Source: Gemmatimonadota bacterium (GTDB lineage Bacteria > Gemmatimonadota > Gemmatimonadetes > Palauibacterales > KS3-K002). From it: 64,000 bases of DNA. The DNA is taken from assembly GCA_039586795.1 (NCBI GenBank), contig JBDHJS010000006.1:119137-183136 (forward strand), in the 5' to 3' direction. Shown here in pieces: positions 20,809 to 30,731 of the stretch. The notes beneath the pieces are model-generated. The model made no database searches. It was not told the DNA's origin and saw nothing but the letters and a program-made list of their open reading frames with translations. Every line of letters begins with the position of its first letter. Position 1 is the stretch's first letter. The position numbers and the translations under genes were made by a program.

Positions 20809-21726
20809 ATGATGAACTGTCGCGCGTTGGTCATGATTGGCGTGATCTTGTCCGGTACCGTGATCGGCGGGTCACCGGCGCAAGCTCAGGACTGGGACGC
20901 CGTTGAGATCGAGACGACCCCACTCGCTCCCGGCCTCTACATGCTGACCGGCCGCGGTGGCAACCTGGCGATCTCCATCGGGGACGACGGCATCTTCCTG
21001 GTGGACGATCAGTACGCCCCGCTGACCGAGCAGATCCTGGCCGCGATCCGCGAGCTGGACGACGGACCGATCCGCTTCGTGATCAACACGCACTGGCACG
21101 GCGATCATACCGGCGGCAACGAGAACATGGGCGAGGTGGGGGCGCTGATCGTCGCTCACGACAACGTGCGCCGTCGCATGAGCGTCGAACAGTTCATCGA
21201 AGCGTATGACATGCGGGTCGAGGCGTCGCCCGAGGCGGCGCTCCCCGTCGTCACGTTCAGCGAGGACGTCACCTTCCATCTCAACGGAGACGAAATCCAC
21301 GCCTTTCACATCCAGCATGCTCACACCGACGGCGACGCCGCCGTGATGTTCAGGAACTCCAATGTCCTTCATATGGGGGATGTCTACTTCGGCGGCATCT
21401 ATCCGTTCGTCGATCTGTCGTCCGGCGGATCGGTAGACGGGATCATCGCCGCGGTCCGCAACGCGCTGAACATGATCGCCGATGACACTCAGGTCGTCCC
21501 CGGACACGGTACGCTCTCCCGCAAGCAGGGACTTGCCGATTATCTGGAGATGCTAGAGGACATCCGCGGCCGGATCGCCGAGCTCGTCGCTGCCGGCAAA
21601 ACGCGGGACGAGGTGATCGCCGCCAAGCCGACGGCGGCTTGGGACGACGCCTGGGGCGGCGGCTGGATCGATGGCGACGAGTTCGCGGGCACGCTCTACG
21701 ACGATCTGTCCCGCAAGATCAACTAG
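20809..21726 (+). CDS. Exported MBL-fold metallo-hydrolase (cyclase-like)
   Basis: Signal peptide, NTHWHGDH, HTDGD, HMGD, PGHG. Confidence 0.9.
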   Translation: MMNCRALVMIGVILSGTVIGGSPAQAQDWDAVEIETTPLAPGLYMLTGRGGNLAISIGDDGIFLVDDQYAPLTEQILAAIRELDDGPIRFVINTHWHGDHTGGNENMGEVGALIVAHDNVRRRMSVEQFIEAYDMRVEASPEAALPVVTFSEDVTFHLNGDEIHAFHIQHAHTDGDAAVMFRNSNVLHMGDVYFGGIYPFVDLSSGGSVDGIIAAVRNALNMIADDTQVVPGHGTLSRKQGLADYLEMLEDIRGRIAELVAAGKTRDEVIAAKPTAAWDDAWGGGWIDGDEFAGTLYDDLSRKIN

Positions 21727-22348
21727 TCTTTGGAAGCAGGGCCCCGTCGGATCCTGTACGCCGGCGCGTCCAACGGCGCCGCAGCGGCCCCGCCGCCCGG
21801 TATCCCAACAGCACCAGCAGGATGGCGGCGAAGATCGCGGGCTCCCGGATATCGGCCTTCACCAGCCACCAGAAGTGTAGCACGCCAAGCGCCGCCGCGA
21901 CGTAAACCAGCCGGTGTAGCCGCGCCCAACGCTTGCCGCCCAACCGCTTCACCATCTTCTTGGTGGAAGTCACGGCCAGCGCGGTCAGCATGAGCAGCGC
22001 CGAGAAGCCCACGGTTATGTAGGGCCGTTCCCCGATGTCTTCCAGGATGTACTCCCAAGCGAAGAATTGATCGACACCCAGGTAAATGGAGAAGTGCAGC
22101 GCCGCATAGAAGAACGCGATCAATCCGAACGTTCGCCGCAACTTGATCAGCCAACCAGTCCCAGTCAGTCTACGCAACGGCGTCACCGCCAGCGTCGTCA
22201 TCAAGAACGCCAACGCCCACCACCCACTACGATGCAGCAACTCCTCCACCGGATTCGTCCCCAGCCCACCCATCGCCGCATCCCAACCCAACCAAAGGAA
22301 CGGCACAAGAGCCAGGACGATGACCCCGAGGTGTATCCCCCGTCTCAC
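21719..22348 (-). CDS. msrQ: Heme-binding membrane subunit of periplasmic methionine sulfoxide reductase
   Basis: LAVTPLR, RRTFGL..FFYA.LH, RPYITVG, WARLHRLVY, HFWW; downstream of msrP. Confidence 0.95.
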   Translation of the reverse strand: MRRGIHLGVIVLALVPFLWLGWDAAMGGLGTNPVEELLHRSGWWALAFLMTTLAVTPLRRLTGTGWLIKLRRTFGLIAFFYAALHFSIYLGVDQFFAWEYILEDIGERPYITVGFSALLMLTALAVTSTKKMVKRLGGKRWARLHRLVYVAAALGVLHFWWLVKADIREPAIFAAILLVLLGYRAAGPLRRRWTRRRTGSDGALLPKTS

Positions 22349-22358
22349 CTACTTACCC

Positions 22359-22400
22359 TCAATGCTCAATGTCCCATGCCCAATATTCAATGTTCACCAT
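22359..22400. repeat. Six imperfect 7-bp tandem repeats (consensus YCAATGY) in the msrP-msrQ spacer
   Basis: TCAATGC TCAATGT CCCATGC CCAATAT TCAATGT TCACCAT. Confidence 0.75.
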
Positions 22401-22403
22401 CAA

Positions 22404-23342
22404 TTAGTAATTAAGCGACAAATCCATCCCCGAATAGAGCTCCGCCACCTGCTCCCCATACCCATTGAACGCCAGCGTCGGCCGCTTTCTGAATTCTCCA
22501 ATCCGCCGCTCCCGCGCCTGACTCCACCGCGGATGATCCACCTCCGGATTCACATTGGCGTAAAACCCATACTCGTTCGGTATCGACATCGCCCACGTCG
22601 TCTTCGGCATCTCTCGGGTGAACCGCACCTTCACGATCGACTTGATGCTCTTAAACCCGTACTTCCACGGCACGACCAGGCGGATCGGAGCACCATTCTG
22701 GTTGGGCAGCGTTTCCCCATACAAACCCACTGAAAGCAACGTCAGTGGATGCATCGCCTCGTCCATCCGCAGCCCTTCGATGTACGGCCAGTCGAGGACG
22801 TTGCGGCTTTGACCCGGCATCTGCTCCGGGTCGTGAAGCGTTTCGAACTCGACGAACCGGGCGTGAGACGTCGGTTCGACGCTCTTGATGAAGTCGCCGA
22901 GCGGGAAGCCGAGCCAGGGGATCACCATCGACCAGGCCTCGACGCAACGCAGCCTGTAGATGCGTTCCTCCGCCGGGAAACGCTTCAGTATGTCTTCGAT
23001 ATCATAGGTGCCCGGCTTGTTGCACTCACCTTCGACGGCGATCGTCCACGGTCGCGTGCGCAGGGTGTGCGCGTTCTTGGCCGGATCGCCCTTGCCGGTG
23101 CCGAACTCGTAGAAGTTGTTATAGCCCGTCACGTCTTCGTAGGGCGTGAGCTCTTCTTCGCCTTGCCGCCCGGCGGCTTCGTCTAGCCCGCCGGTACAGG
23201 CGAGCAGGGAAGGGGCCGCGGCGGAGAGTCCCAGTCCAACGCCCAGGCCCGCCGCCCGGCCGATGAACTGCCGCCTGCTTATATAAAGACCTTGATCGGT
23301 TACTTCCGATTCCTTGATATCAGGGGGTCGCCTTATCAGCAT
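22404..23342 (-). CDS. msrP: Molybdopterin protein-methionine-sulfoxide reductase catalytic subunit
   Basis: Tat motif [49 protein letters not shown]. Confidence 0.97.
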   Translation of the reverse strand: MLIRRPPDIKESEVTDQGLYISRRQFIGRAAGLGVGLGLSAAAPSLLACTGGLDEAAGRQGEEELTPYEDVTGYNNFYEFGTGKGDPAKNAHTLRTRPWTIAVEGECNKPGTYDIEDILKRFPAEERIYRLRCVEAWSMVIPWLGFPLGDFIKSVEPTSHARFVEFETLHDPEQMPGQSRNVLDWPYIEGLRMDEAMHPLTLLSVGLYGETLPNQNGAPIRLVVPWKYGFKSIKSIVKVRFTREMPKTTWAMSIPNEYGFYANVNPEVDHPRWSQARERRIGEFRKRPTLAFNGYGEQVAELYSGMDLSLNY

Positions 23343-23532
23343 CGATCCGTCGCTCCGTCCAATGGCCGGAAGAGGCTTCCGGCGTTGCTGCACTCTCTTT
23401 CCTGCCTTCCAACACTGTGTCTGGGGCCCGGGTTCCCTCCGGGGGTCGAGAGGTGACCTTGACGTTGGGCTGGCGCTTCCCGACTTTAGCATCTTTCCAA
23501 CCATCCACCACTGGAAGCAGAAGGATAGGCTG

Positions 23533-25194
23533 ATGATGAGATTGCGCACATCCTTGTGGCCGACGCTCTTCCTTGCCGTAGCACTGGCGTGGCCGGGCGC
23601 CCTCGAGGCCCAGTTCAACGATCCGCCGGGACCGGCGGCCTACGCGCTACAGAACGTGACCGTGGTGCAGGCCGATGGCTCGCGGATGGACAGCGTCACC
23701 CTGGTGATCCGGGGCGGCATGATCGAGGCGATGGGACCCGGCGTAGCGGTTCCCGGCGACGCCCAAATCCTGGAGGGCGACTCACTGTGGATCTACCCGG
23801 GACTGATCGACGCTCAGGGCGACGCCAGCTACGAGTTTCCCGAGATCGATCTCGATTTCAGCGAGATCGCTCGTTGGGATCCGCCTCGTGAGGCGCAGAG
23901 CTTCATGCCGAGCCGTCGCGTGGTCGATCATCTGACCGCGACCGGCGGCGACCTGGCCGACCAACGCCGCATGGGCGTGGTCGCCGCGGGGCTCGTCCCC
24001 GGCGACCGGCTGATACCGGGCACCGGCGCGGTGGTCGTGATGAGGACCGACGCCGAGCTGCCTGCCGAGCTGGTCGCCCACCCGATGACCGGCCCGGCCT
24101 TCTATTTCCGCGGCGCCCAGGGTGTGTACCCCGGGACGCTGTTCGCGGTGATCGCGTTCTATCGACAGAGCTTCGAGGATGCCCGTCACTATCAGGCCCA
24201 TGCCCAGGCGTACCAGCGGAATCGCGATGGCGTGCGGCCGGTGGCAACGGATCCCGATTTCGATGTTCTGCTGAGCGTGATGGAAGGTGAGGAGCCTGCC
24301 TTCTTTGTGGTCGACTTCGGCCGCGACATTCAGCGTGTGCTGAGACTATCGCAAGAGTACGGATTCCGCCCGATCATCGTCGGCGGTGAGGAGGCTTGGA
24401 AGGTCGCCGACGAGCTGCAGGCGGCCCGTGTCCCGGTGCTCGTTTCCCTCGATTTCCCGATGCCGGAGCGCTGGAAGCCGGAGGCGGACAATGGCGACTC
24501 GAACGGCGAGACCGATGCAACGGCGGAGCGTGAGAAGATCCGGCTCGAGAACATCTACGCCAACGCCGGTCGTCTCGAGCAGCAGGGTGTCCGTTTCGCG
24601 CTGACCAGCGGTGGCGGCGACGCCGATCTGCTGGAGGGCGCGCGCAAGGCGATCGAATACGGGTTGTCAGAGCAGGCGGCGCTTCGGTCGTTGACGACCG
24701 TGCCGGCCCAGATCCTCGGTGTCGAGCGCCTGCTGACCATCGAAGAGGGCGCCTCGGCGACGTTCATCGTCACCGACGGCCCGCTGTTCGGTGAGGAGAC
24801 GGCCATTCGCTACACCTTCGTCGAAGGCGGAATGGAAAGGGGCAGGGAAGCCCGAGGTGGCGGCGAGCCGCCGGCGGTCAACGTTACCGGCTCTTGGGAC
24901 CTGACCATCGAGGCGGAAGGCGAGGCGATTCAGGCCAAGCTGGAGATGGAGCAGGACGGTGCCGAAGTGACCGGAACGATGGTCAGCCCCTTCGGCCAGG
25001 CCAACATTACATCGGGTATGGTATCTGGAAACGACATTGAGCTCACTATCCTGTTCAACATGGGCGGTGAGAGCATGGAGATCGAGATCACCGGCACCGT
25101 CGAAGGCGATTCAGCCTCCGGTTCCGGCGACTCGCCGATGGCATCATTCACGTGGACCGCAAAGCGGACTCCGGGAGGGAGGACTGACCGATGA
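23533..25194 (+). CDS. Exported amidohydrolase-family protein, probably non-catalytic, with C-terminal beta domain
   Basis: IYPGLID followed by AQG instead of HxH; PAQILGV..TIEEG.SATFIV; signal peptide. Confidence 0.75.
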   Translation: MMRLRTSLWPTLFLAVALAWPGALEAQFNDPPGPAAYALQNVTVVQADGSRMDSVTLVIRGGMIEAMGPGVAVPGDAQILEGDSLWIYPGLIDAQGDASYEFPEIDLDFSEIARWDPPREAQSFMPSRRVVDHLTATGGDLADQRRMGVVAAGLVPGDRLIPGTGAVVVMRTDAELPAELVAHPMTGPAFYFRGAQGVYPGTLFAVIAFYRQSFEDARHYQAHAQAYQRNRDGVRPVATDPDFDVLLSVMEGEEPAFFVVDFGRDIQRVLRLSQEYGFRPIIVGGEEAWKVADELQAARVPVLVSLDFPMPERWKPEADNGDSNGETDATAEREKIRLENIYANAGRLEQQGVRFALTSGGGDADLLEGARKAIEYGLSEQAALRSLTTVPAQILGVERLLTIEEGASATFIVTDGPLFGEETAIRYTFVEGGMERGREARGGGEPPAVNVTGSWDLTIEAEGEAIQAKLEMEQDGAEVTGTMVSPFGQANITSGMVSGNDIELTILFNMGGESMEIEITGTVEGDSASGSGDSPMASFTWTAKRTPGGRTDR

Positions 25195-27827
25195 GAAAGC
25201 TCGGAATTCTCTTGGCGCTCGTCGTCCTCGCGGCAGGGCCGCTGGCGGCGCAGCAGGACAACTGGGTGCCACAGATCGAGCGCGGATCAAACGACTATCC
25301 GCGCGGCACGATGGTCATACAGAACCTCGATGCCGTCTGGACGGCGGCGGGGGAGGTGCTGCAGAACGTATCGATCGTCGTGCGAGATGGAATCATTCGG
25401 GAGATCGGCGCTGAAGTATCGATCCCCGACGGCGCGGTGGTGATCGACGGGAGCGGCATGACCGCTATCCCGGGCCTGGTGGATGAGCACTCGCACACCG
25501 CAATGGACCGCAGCACCAATGAAGGGTCGACACCGATCTCCTCCGAGGTCCGGGTGCTCGACGCCCTCACTCCGGAAAGCTTCAGCATCTACCGCGCGTT
25601 GTCCGGTGGCGTGACGACTTCGTTGATCCTCCACGGCAGCGCCAACCCGATCGGTGGCCAGGCGGCGATCATCAAGATGCGCTGGGGCATGGAAGACCCC
25701 GACCAGCTGTTGATCGACGGCGCTCCGCAGATGATCAAGTTCGCGTTGGGCGAGAACGTCACGCGCAAGAACTCGAGCGGCGGCAGCGGAATACAGCGGT
25801 TTCCGATGTCACGTGCCGGCGTCGAGTCGTTCTACGACCAGGCGTTCACCGCCGCGACCGAGTACAAGGCGGCTTGGGACGCTTATAACAGGAGCCGGGG
25901 CGACTACCCGGTGCCACCGCGCCGCGACCTGCGGCTCGAGACACTGGTCGACGTGATGGAAGGGCGGATCCTGGTTCACGCACACTCGTATCGTAGCGAC
26001 GAGATCGTCATGCTGATGCGCGTCGCGGAGCGCTACGGTTTCCGCATCGACGCCTTCACCCACGTGCTCGAAGGCTACAAGGTCGCCGACGAGATGGCAG
26101 CGCACGGCGCGTCGGGCTCGACGTTCTCCGACTGGTGGGCCTACAAGCTGGAGGCCTTCGACGCGATTCCCTACAACGCGGCGATCATGCACGAACATGG
26201 CGTGCTGACCAGCCTGAACTCGGATATCTCGTGGCTGCAGACCTTCATGGTCTACGAGTTCAACAAGGCGGTGAAGTACGGCGCCGTGTCCAAAGAAGAC
26301 GCGTTACGGATGTTGACGGCGTATCCGGCACAGCAGCTCCACCTGGAGGACCGGATCGGTACGCTGGAAGTCGGCAAGGAAGGCGACGTCGTTCTACTGA
26401 GCGGGGATCCGTTCGATTCCTATTCGCGCGTCGAGAAGACGATCGTCGATGGCATCGTCTACTTCGATCTGGAGAACGAGGCGGATGCGCGGGGCGCGCC
26501 CGTCAACGCGATGCCGGCGGTTGTAACGCCGGTGGCGGCGGCGCCGCGGACGGCGATGACCGCCGCACCGCAGACATCGACGAACAGTTCCAACGGCTCG
26601 AACGGCGATACCCAGGCCCCGATCATGGCGCTGGTCGGTGCTACCGTGCACCCGGTCTCCGGCCCGGCCATCGAGGACGGTACGGTGATTGTGACCGGCG
26701 AGCAGATCTCGTACGTCGGGACTCGAGGTGGAGCCGACATCCCCAACGATGCCGAGGTGATCAACGTCGCCGGCAAGCACATCTACCCCGGAATGATCGA
26801 TCCGATGACGCAGGTGGGGATGGTCGAAATCGGTTCGTTCGGCGCCGCTCACGACGACCGTGAGACCGGGCGCTACAACCCGCATCTGAACTCCATCTGG
26901 AGCGTGCACCCCCACAGCGTAGAGATCCCGGTGACGCGCGCCAACGGAATCACGGCGGTGCTCGCCGTGCCGGGTACCGGGGTGATCCAGGGAGCCGGCG
27001 GTGTGGTCCAGCTGACCGGTGACACGCCGGAGCGGATGGCCGTGCGCGAGCGGGCGGCTCTGGTCATCAATTTCCCGTCGCCGAGCGGCCAGGCGTGGGA
27101 CGATGCGGAGATCAAGGGCGATCGGCTGGAGGAGTTGGTCGACCTGTTCAACCGCGCCGTGACGTTCGCTAACGTGCCGTCGACGAAGGATGATCCGACG
27201 GCCCCGTTCGACGGTAACGGCAGAACACTGACTCGGCAGCTGCTCGAGGCCATGGTGCCTGCCGTAACGGGCCAGATGCCGGTCTTCTTCAGGGCGCGCA
27301 CCGAGCGGGATATTCGAACGGTCCTGTTGTTCCTGGATGAATTCCCCGAGGTCGACGCGACGATCGTTGGCGGCGACCAGGCGTTCCGCGTCGCGCAGGA
27401 GATCGCCGACCGTGGGATTCCCGTCGTCGTCGGCTCGGCAGGCTCGCCAACCATGGATCGTGATGATCCGATCGCCGCTGGCTTCGCGAACGCCGCAATC
27501 CTGAACGCGGCGGGTGTGAAGGTTGCATTTAGCACTCAGGACTACGCCAACGTGCGTAACCTGCCGTATCATGCGGCCAAGGCGGTAGCGTTTGGACTGC
27601 CCCAGGATGTCGGGCTGCGAGCGGTGACGCTAAATGCAGCGGAGATCCTCGGTGTGGCCGACATGATGGGCAGCATCGACGTCGGCAAACGGGCCGACCT
27701 GATCATCACCAACGGCGACCCGCTACAGATCGTCACCAACGTCGAGCGCATGTTCATCGCGGGCAAAGAAGTATCGCTTTCGAGCAAACATACCGAACTG
27801 TACGAGGCATTTAGGAATCGACATTGA
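25191..27827 (+). CDS. Exported amidohydrolase with two tandem amidohydrolase domains
   Basis: Domain 1: PGLVDEHSH, KFALGEN, HAHSYR, HVLEGYK, LNSD; domain 2: YPGMIDPMTQ...GKRADL; ATGA overlap with previous gene. Confidence 0.85.
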   Translation: MRKLGILLALVVLAAGPLAAQQDNWVPQIERGSNDYPRGTMVIQNLDAVWTAAGEVLQNVSIVVRDGIIREIGAEVSIPDGAVVIDGSGMTAIPGLVDEHSHTAMDRSTNEGSTPISSEVRVLDALTPESFSIYRALSGGVTTSLILHGSANPIGGQAAIIKMRWGMEDPDQLLIDGAPQMIKFALGENVTRKNSSGGSGIQRFPMSRAGVESFYDQAFTAATEYKAAWDAYNRSRGDYPVPPRRDLRLETLVDVMEGRILVHAHSYRSDEIVMLMRVAERYGFRIDAFTHVLEGYKVADEMAAHGASGSTFSDWWAYKLEAFDAIPYNAAIMHEHGVLTSLNSDISWLQTFMVYEFNKAVKYGAVSKEDALRMLTAYPAQQLHLEDRIGTLEVGKEGDVVLLSGDPFDSYSRVEKTIVDGIVYFDLENEADARGAPVNAMPAVVTPVAAAPRTAMTAAPQTSTNSSNGSNGDTQAPIMALVGATVHPVSGPAIEDGTVIVTGEQISYVGTRGGADIPNDAEVINVAGKHIYPGMIDPMTQVGMVEIGSFGAAHDDRETGRYNPHLNSIWSVHPHSVEIPVTRANGITAVLAVPGTGVIQGAGGVVQLTGDTPERMAVRERAALVINFPSPSGQAWDDAEIKGDRLEELVDLFNRAVTFANVPSTKDDPTAPFDGNGRTLTRQLLEAMVPAVTGQMPVFFRARTERDIRTVLLFLDEFPEVDATIVGGDQAFRVAQEIADRGIPVVVGSAGSPTMDRDDPIAAGFANAAILNAAGVKVAFSTQDYANVRNLPYHAAKAVAFGLPQDVGLRAVTLNAAEILGVADMMGSIDVGKRADLIITNGDPLQIVTNVERMFIAGKEVSLSSKHTELYEAFRNRH

Positions 27828-27849
27828 GGAATGCGTAGAATAGGATCGG

Positions 27850-28021
27850 GACAGCCGACAGCCTACAGCCGACGCACGACGGCTAAGTAGACTTCTCGGC
27901 GCACGACGCCCGACGTCCATAAGAACGACGCCCGAACGTCGTTCAACGAACGTCGGGCGTCGTGCGTCGATCGCCGAACAGGACTCGAACATCGAGCGGC
28001 GGCTGTCGGCTGTCCGCTGTC
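27850..28021. repeat. Nested inverted repeat built from 7-bp units
   Basis: (ACAGCCK)x3 at 27851-27871 versus (CSGCTGT)x3 at 28000-28020; inner perfect 17-bp IR 27900-27916 / 27950-27966. Confidence 0.8.
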
Positions 28022-28052
28022 GAAATCAAACGGCCGCCCAAAGGGCGGCCGT
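28022..28052 (-). terminator. Rho-independent terminator
   Basis: 10-bp stem ACGGCCGCCC/GGGCGGCCGT with 3-nt loop, followed on the minus strand by a T-rich tail (TTGATTT). Confidence 0.7.
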
Positions 28053-28090
28053 CCTATAAATCACTGGGGATCTGCCTTAGTTACGAACCG

Positions 28091-28663
28091 TCACCAGCGG
28101 CGCATGCGCAGCGAATTGACAACAGGCGAGCGCGTGTAGTTGATGTGTCGCCCGGGCTTGCACGAATCGCCGCCGCGACCCATGCCCGCAGGCATTAGTA
28201 CCAGAACACGCACGCGGTCCATGCCATTCCCCTGGCTCCCTTCTCCGCCCATCGCCAGCGTGGCGGAAGCGGGCACCGGGGTCCGCATCGGCGTCAGCCC
28301 CGTCTCGACCGTCACCGGCGTGGTCCGCGGTCGTGGGACCAGGGGCGCTGCCGGCGGGCCGTTCTGAGCTCGCTCCAATACGAATGGGTAATCGGACAGG
28401 TCCGGGCCCACGGCCGCGCTCGCAAGTTCAATCACCGGCTGGAACTGCGTCGGCGTCGGAGACGACGGCCCATCTCTGACCTCTGGCTTCTCGACTTCCG
28501 TGTCTGGCGGTAGCGTGACGACACTAAGGGATCCCTCCGCTACATCGCTGGAACCGAAGTTCAGGCGACCCAGCCCCAGTAGCGCGCCATGCACGAGCAG
28601 GGAGATTGCAAGGCCGTATACGAGAATCCGCATGTATCGAGCCTCGCGTCGCTGCCTGCGCAT
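28091..28663 (-). CDS. Hypothetical membrane-anchored proline-rich protein (TonB-like N-terminal anchor)
   Basis: GAGGAGG RBS; TM helix with SLLVH motif; Pro/Thr-rich region. Confidence 0.6.
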   Translation of the reverse strand: MRRQRREARYMRILVYGLAISLLVHGALLGLGRLNFGSSDVAEGSLSVVTLPPDTEVEKPEVRDGPSSPTPTQFQPVIELASAAVGPDLSDYPFVLERAQNGPPAAPLVPRPRTTPVTVETGLTPMRTPVPASATLAMGGEGSQGNGMDRVRVLVLMPAGMGRGGDSCKPGRHINYTRSPVVNSLRMRRW

Positions 28664-28770
28664 GGTTCCTCCTCTCGCTCTGTGAGTTGCGCTCCCGGTA
28701 TCACTAAACATTATTGCCACATCCGTTTCCCCGGTCAATGACCAACGAAAGGACAGCCAGGAGCCCCAAT

Positions 28771-30588
28771 ATGTTAGCGTTCTACCTCACCTTAGCCCTC
28801 TTTTTCGCCCCCCAGTCCGCGAGCCCCGTCCTGTATGAGGTTTCCTTCCCCAATGCCGTCCACCACGAGGCGGAAATCCGGGTGACGTTCTCGGAAGTTC
28901 CGGCGGGTCCGCTAGAGGTCCGCATGAGTCGCTCGTCGCCGGGCCGTTACGCGATCCACGAGTTCGCCAAGAACGTCTACTCGGTTAAGGCGGTGGACGG
29001 GCAGGGGGCCGCGCTCCGGATCGATCGCCCCGATCCGTACGGTTGGGATGTCATGGGGCACGATGGGACGGTGACGATCTCTTATACGCTCTTCGCCGAC
29101 CACGCCGACGGTACCTACTCGGGTATAGACGAAACGCACGCCCATCTGAACATGCCGGCGACCTTCATGTGGGCGCGCGGCATGACCGATCGCCCGATCC
29201 GGGTGACGTTCCGCAGACCCGTGGGTTCGGGTTGGAAGGCGGCGACCCAGCTGGCACCGACCGCGAATCCGTTGATCTTCACGGCGCGCGATCTGGACTA
29301 CTTTCTGGACAGCCCCGCCGAGTTGAGCGACTTCGAGCTCCGGGAGTGGCAGGTCGCGGACCAGAGTGGTGAGTACACGATCCGCGTGGCAATGCATTCC
29401 CGGGGGTCGGATGCCGCGCTGGAAGAGTACGTTGACGGGACGATGCGGTTGGTGGAAGAAGCGCAGGCGGTGTTCGGGGAGTACCCACGCTTCGACTACG
29501 GAACGTATACGTTCATCGCCGATTACCTGCCCTGGGTATATGGCGACGGCATGGAGCACCGGAACTCGACCATCCTGGCCAGCAGCCGGACGCTCGAGAG
29601 CGGCGCGTCGAGCTTTCTAGGGACGGTCTCTCACGAGTTCTTCCACGCCTGGAACGTCGAGAGAATCCGACCCGTTGGACTCGAGCCGTTCGATTTCGAA
29701 CGAGCGAACCTGTCCGGCGCGCTATGGTTCGCCGAAGGCTTCACCAGCTACTACGGCGGATTGCTGATGCGCCGTGCCGGCATCATCGATGATCGTGACT
29801 TTGCTCGTCGTTTGTCCGATCGCGTGAGCACGGTGCTGTTCAGCCCGGCGCGTGACTACTACGGTCCGGTCGGAATGAGCCATCAAGCTCCGTTCGTCGA
29901 TGAAGCCCGTCACGTCGATGTCACCAACGGTGACAACACGTTCATCTCCTACTACACGTGGGGCGCGGTCATCGCCCTCGCCCTCGATCTGACCCTTCGC
30001 GCCGAACACGATACCGACCTCGATGCCTACATGCGTGCCGTGTGGCAGAGGCACGGGGCGAAAGAGGTCCCGTACACGATCACGGACCTCGAGCGGATAC
30101 TCGCGGAGGTGAGCAACGATGCGGTCTTCGCGTGGCGGTTCTTCGACAACTACGTCCACGGACAGGAGGCCCCCGATATCGAGACGTTGCTCGCGCTCGC
30201 GGGCTTCGCTCTGCGTCCGGCGCGTCCCGGTGAGGCCACGTTCGGTTGGGCGGAGCTGGAATACGGGGAGCGGGGCGCTCGCGTGACCCGGCCGACGATC
30301 ATCGGGACGCCGTTGTACGAAGCGGGCGTCGATCACCGCGATGTGATCCTGCAGCTCGATGGGCGGCCGATGATGGCCCCGGATGTTCTTGAGTTCGTGA
30401 TGAAGTCGCACCAGCCCGGAGATACGGTGGAGATCGAGTTCGAGTCGAGGGGCGCGGTTGAGCGGGCGACGATTACGTTGATGGAGAATCAGTGGATGAG
30501 GGTCGTGCCGTTGGAGGAAGTTGGGATGGAGTTGAGCGCGGAGCAGAGGGCTTTTCGGGGGGATTGGCTTTCAAGCAAGACCGAGTAG
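28771..30588 (+). CDS. M61 glycyl aminopeptidase family with C-terminal PDZ domain
   Basis: SSPGRY, GMEHRNST, HEFFHAWN, LWFAEGFTSYY, ISYY, PDZ GV..DVILQLDG. Confidence 0.92.
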   Translation: MLAFYLTLALFFAPQSASPVLYEVSFPNAVHHEAEIRVTFSEVPAGPLEVRMSRSSPGRYAIHEFAKNVYSVKAVDGQGAALRIDRPDPYGWDVMGHDGTVTISYTLFADHADGTYSGIDETHAHLNMPATFMWARGMTDRPIRVTFRRPVGSGWKAATQLAPTANPLIFTARDLDYFLDSPAELSDFELREWQVADQSGEYTIRVAMHSRGSDAALEEYVDGTMRLVEEAQAVFGEYPRFDYGTYTFIADYLPWVYGDGMEHRNSTILASSRTLESGASSFLGTVSHEFFHAWNVERIRPVGLEPFDFERANLSGALWFAEGFTSYYGGLLMRRAGIIDDRDFARRLSDRVSTVLFSPARDYYGPVGMSHQAPFVDEARHVDVTNGDNTFISYYTWGAVIALALDLTLRAEHDTDLDAYMRAVWQRHGAKEVPYTITDLERILAEVSNDAVFAWRFFDNYVHGQEAPDIETLLALAGFALRPARPGEATFGWAELEYGERGARVTRPTIIGTPLYEAGVDHRDVILQLDGRPMMAPDVLEFVMKSHQPGDTVEIEFESRGAVERATITLMENQWMRVVPLEEVGMELSAEQRAFRGDWLSSKTE

Positions 30589-30639
30589 GAGTACGAGTAC
30601 GACCCATCCCGTCCTACTCGTAGTCCTGCTCGTACTCGG
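30581..30639. repeat. Hexamer-repeat hairpin (GAGTAS)n...(STRCTC)n
   Basis: GAGTAG GAGTAC GAGTAC GAC-loop-GTC CTACTC GTAGTC CTGCTC GTACTC; M61 stop codon lies in the first unit. Confidence 0.8.
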
Positions 30640-30731
30640 AGGCGCAGCCGTCAGCACGAAACCCACCACGGGGCATCCTCGTCAGGATCCATAGTTGAGG
30701 CCACAAGACACCAGGTTGGAGACCAAAAGCT

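Noticed and set aside
23314..23618. Overlapping long N-terminal extensions of msrP and the amidohydrolase in the ORF track
   Set aside because: Better starts at 23342 (-) and 23533 (+) give proper signal peptides and a divergent promoter gap.
26394..27572. Long antisense ORFs (this one and e.g. 53426-54484, 61018-62055)
   Set aside because: Shadow frames opposite well-supported genes, expected in high-GC DNA; no motifs.
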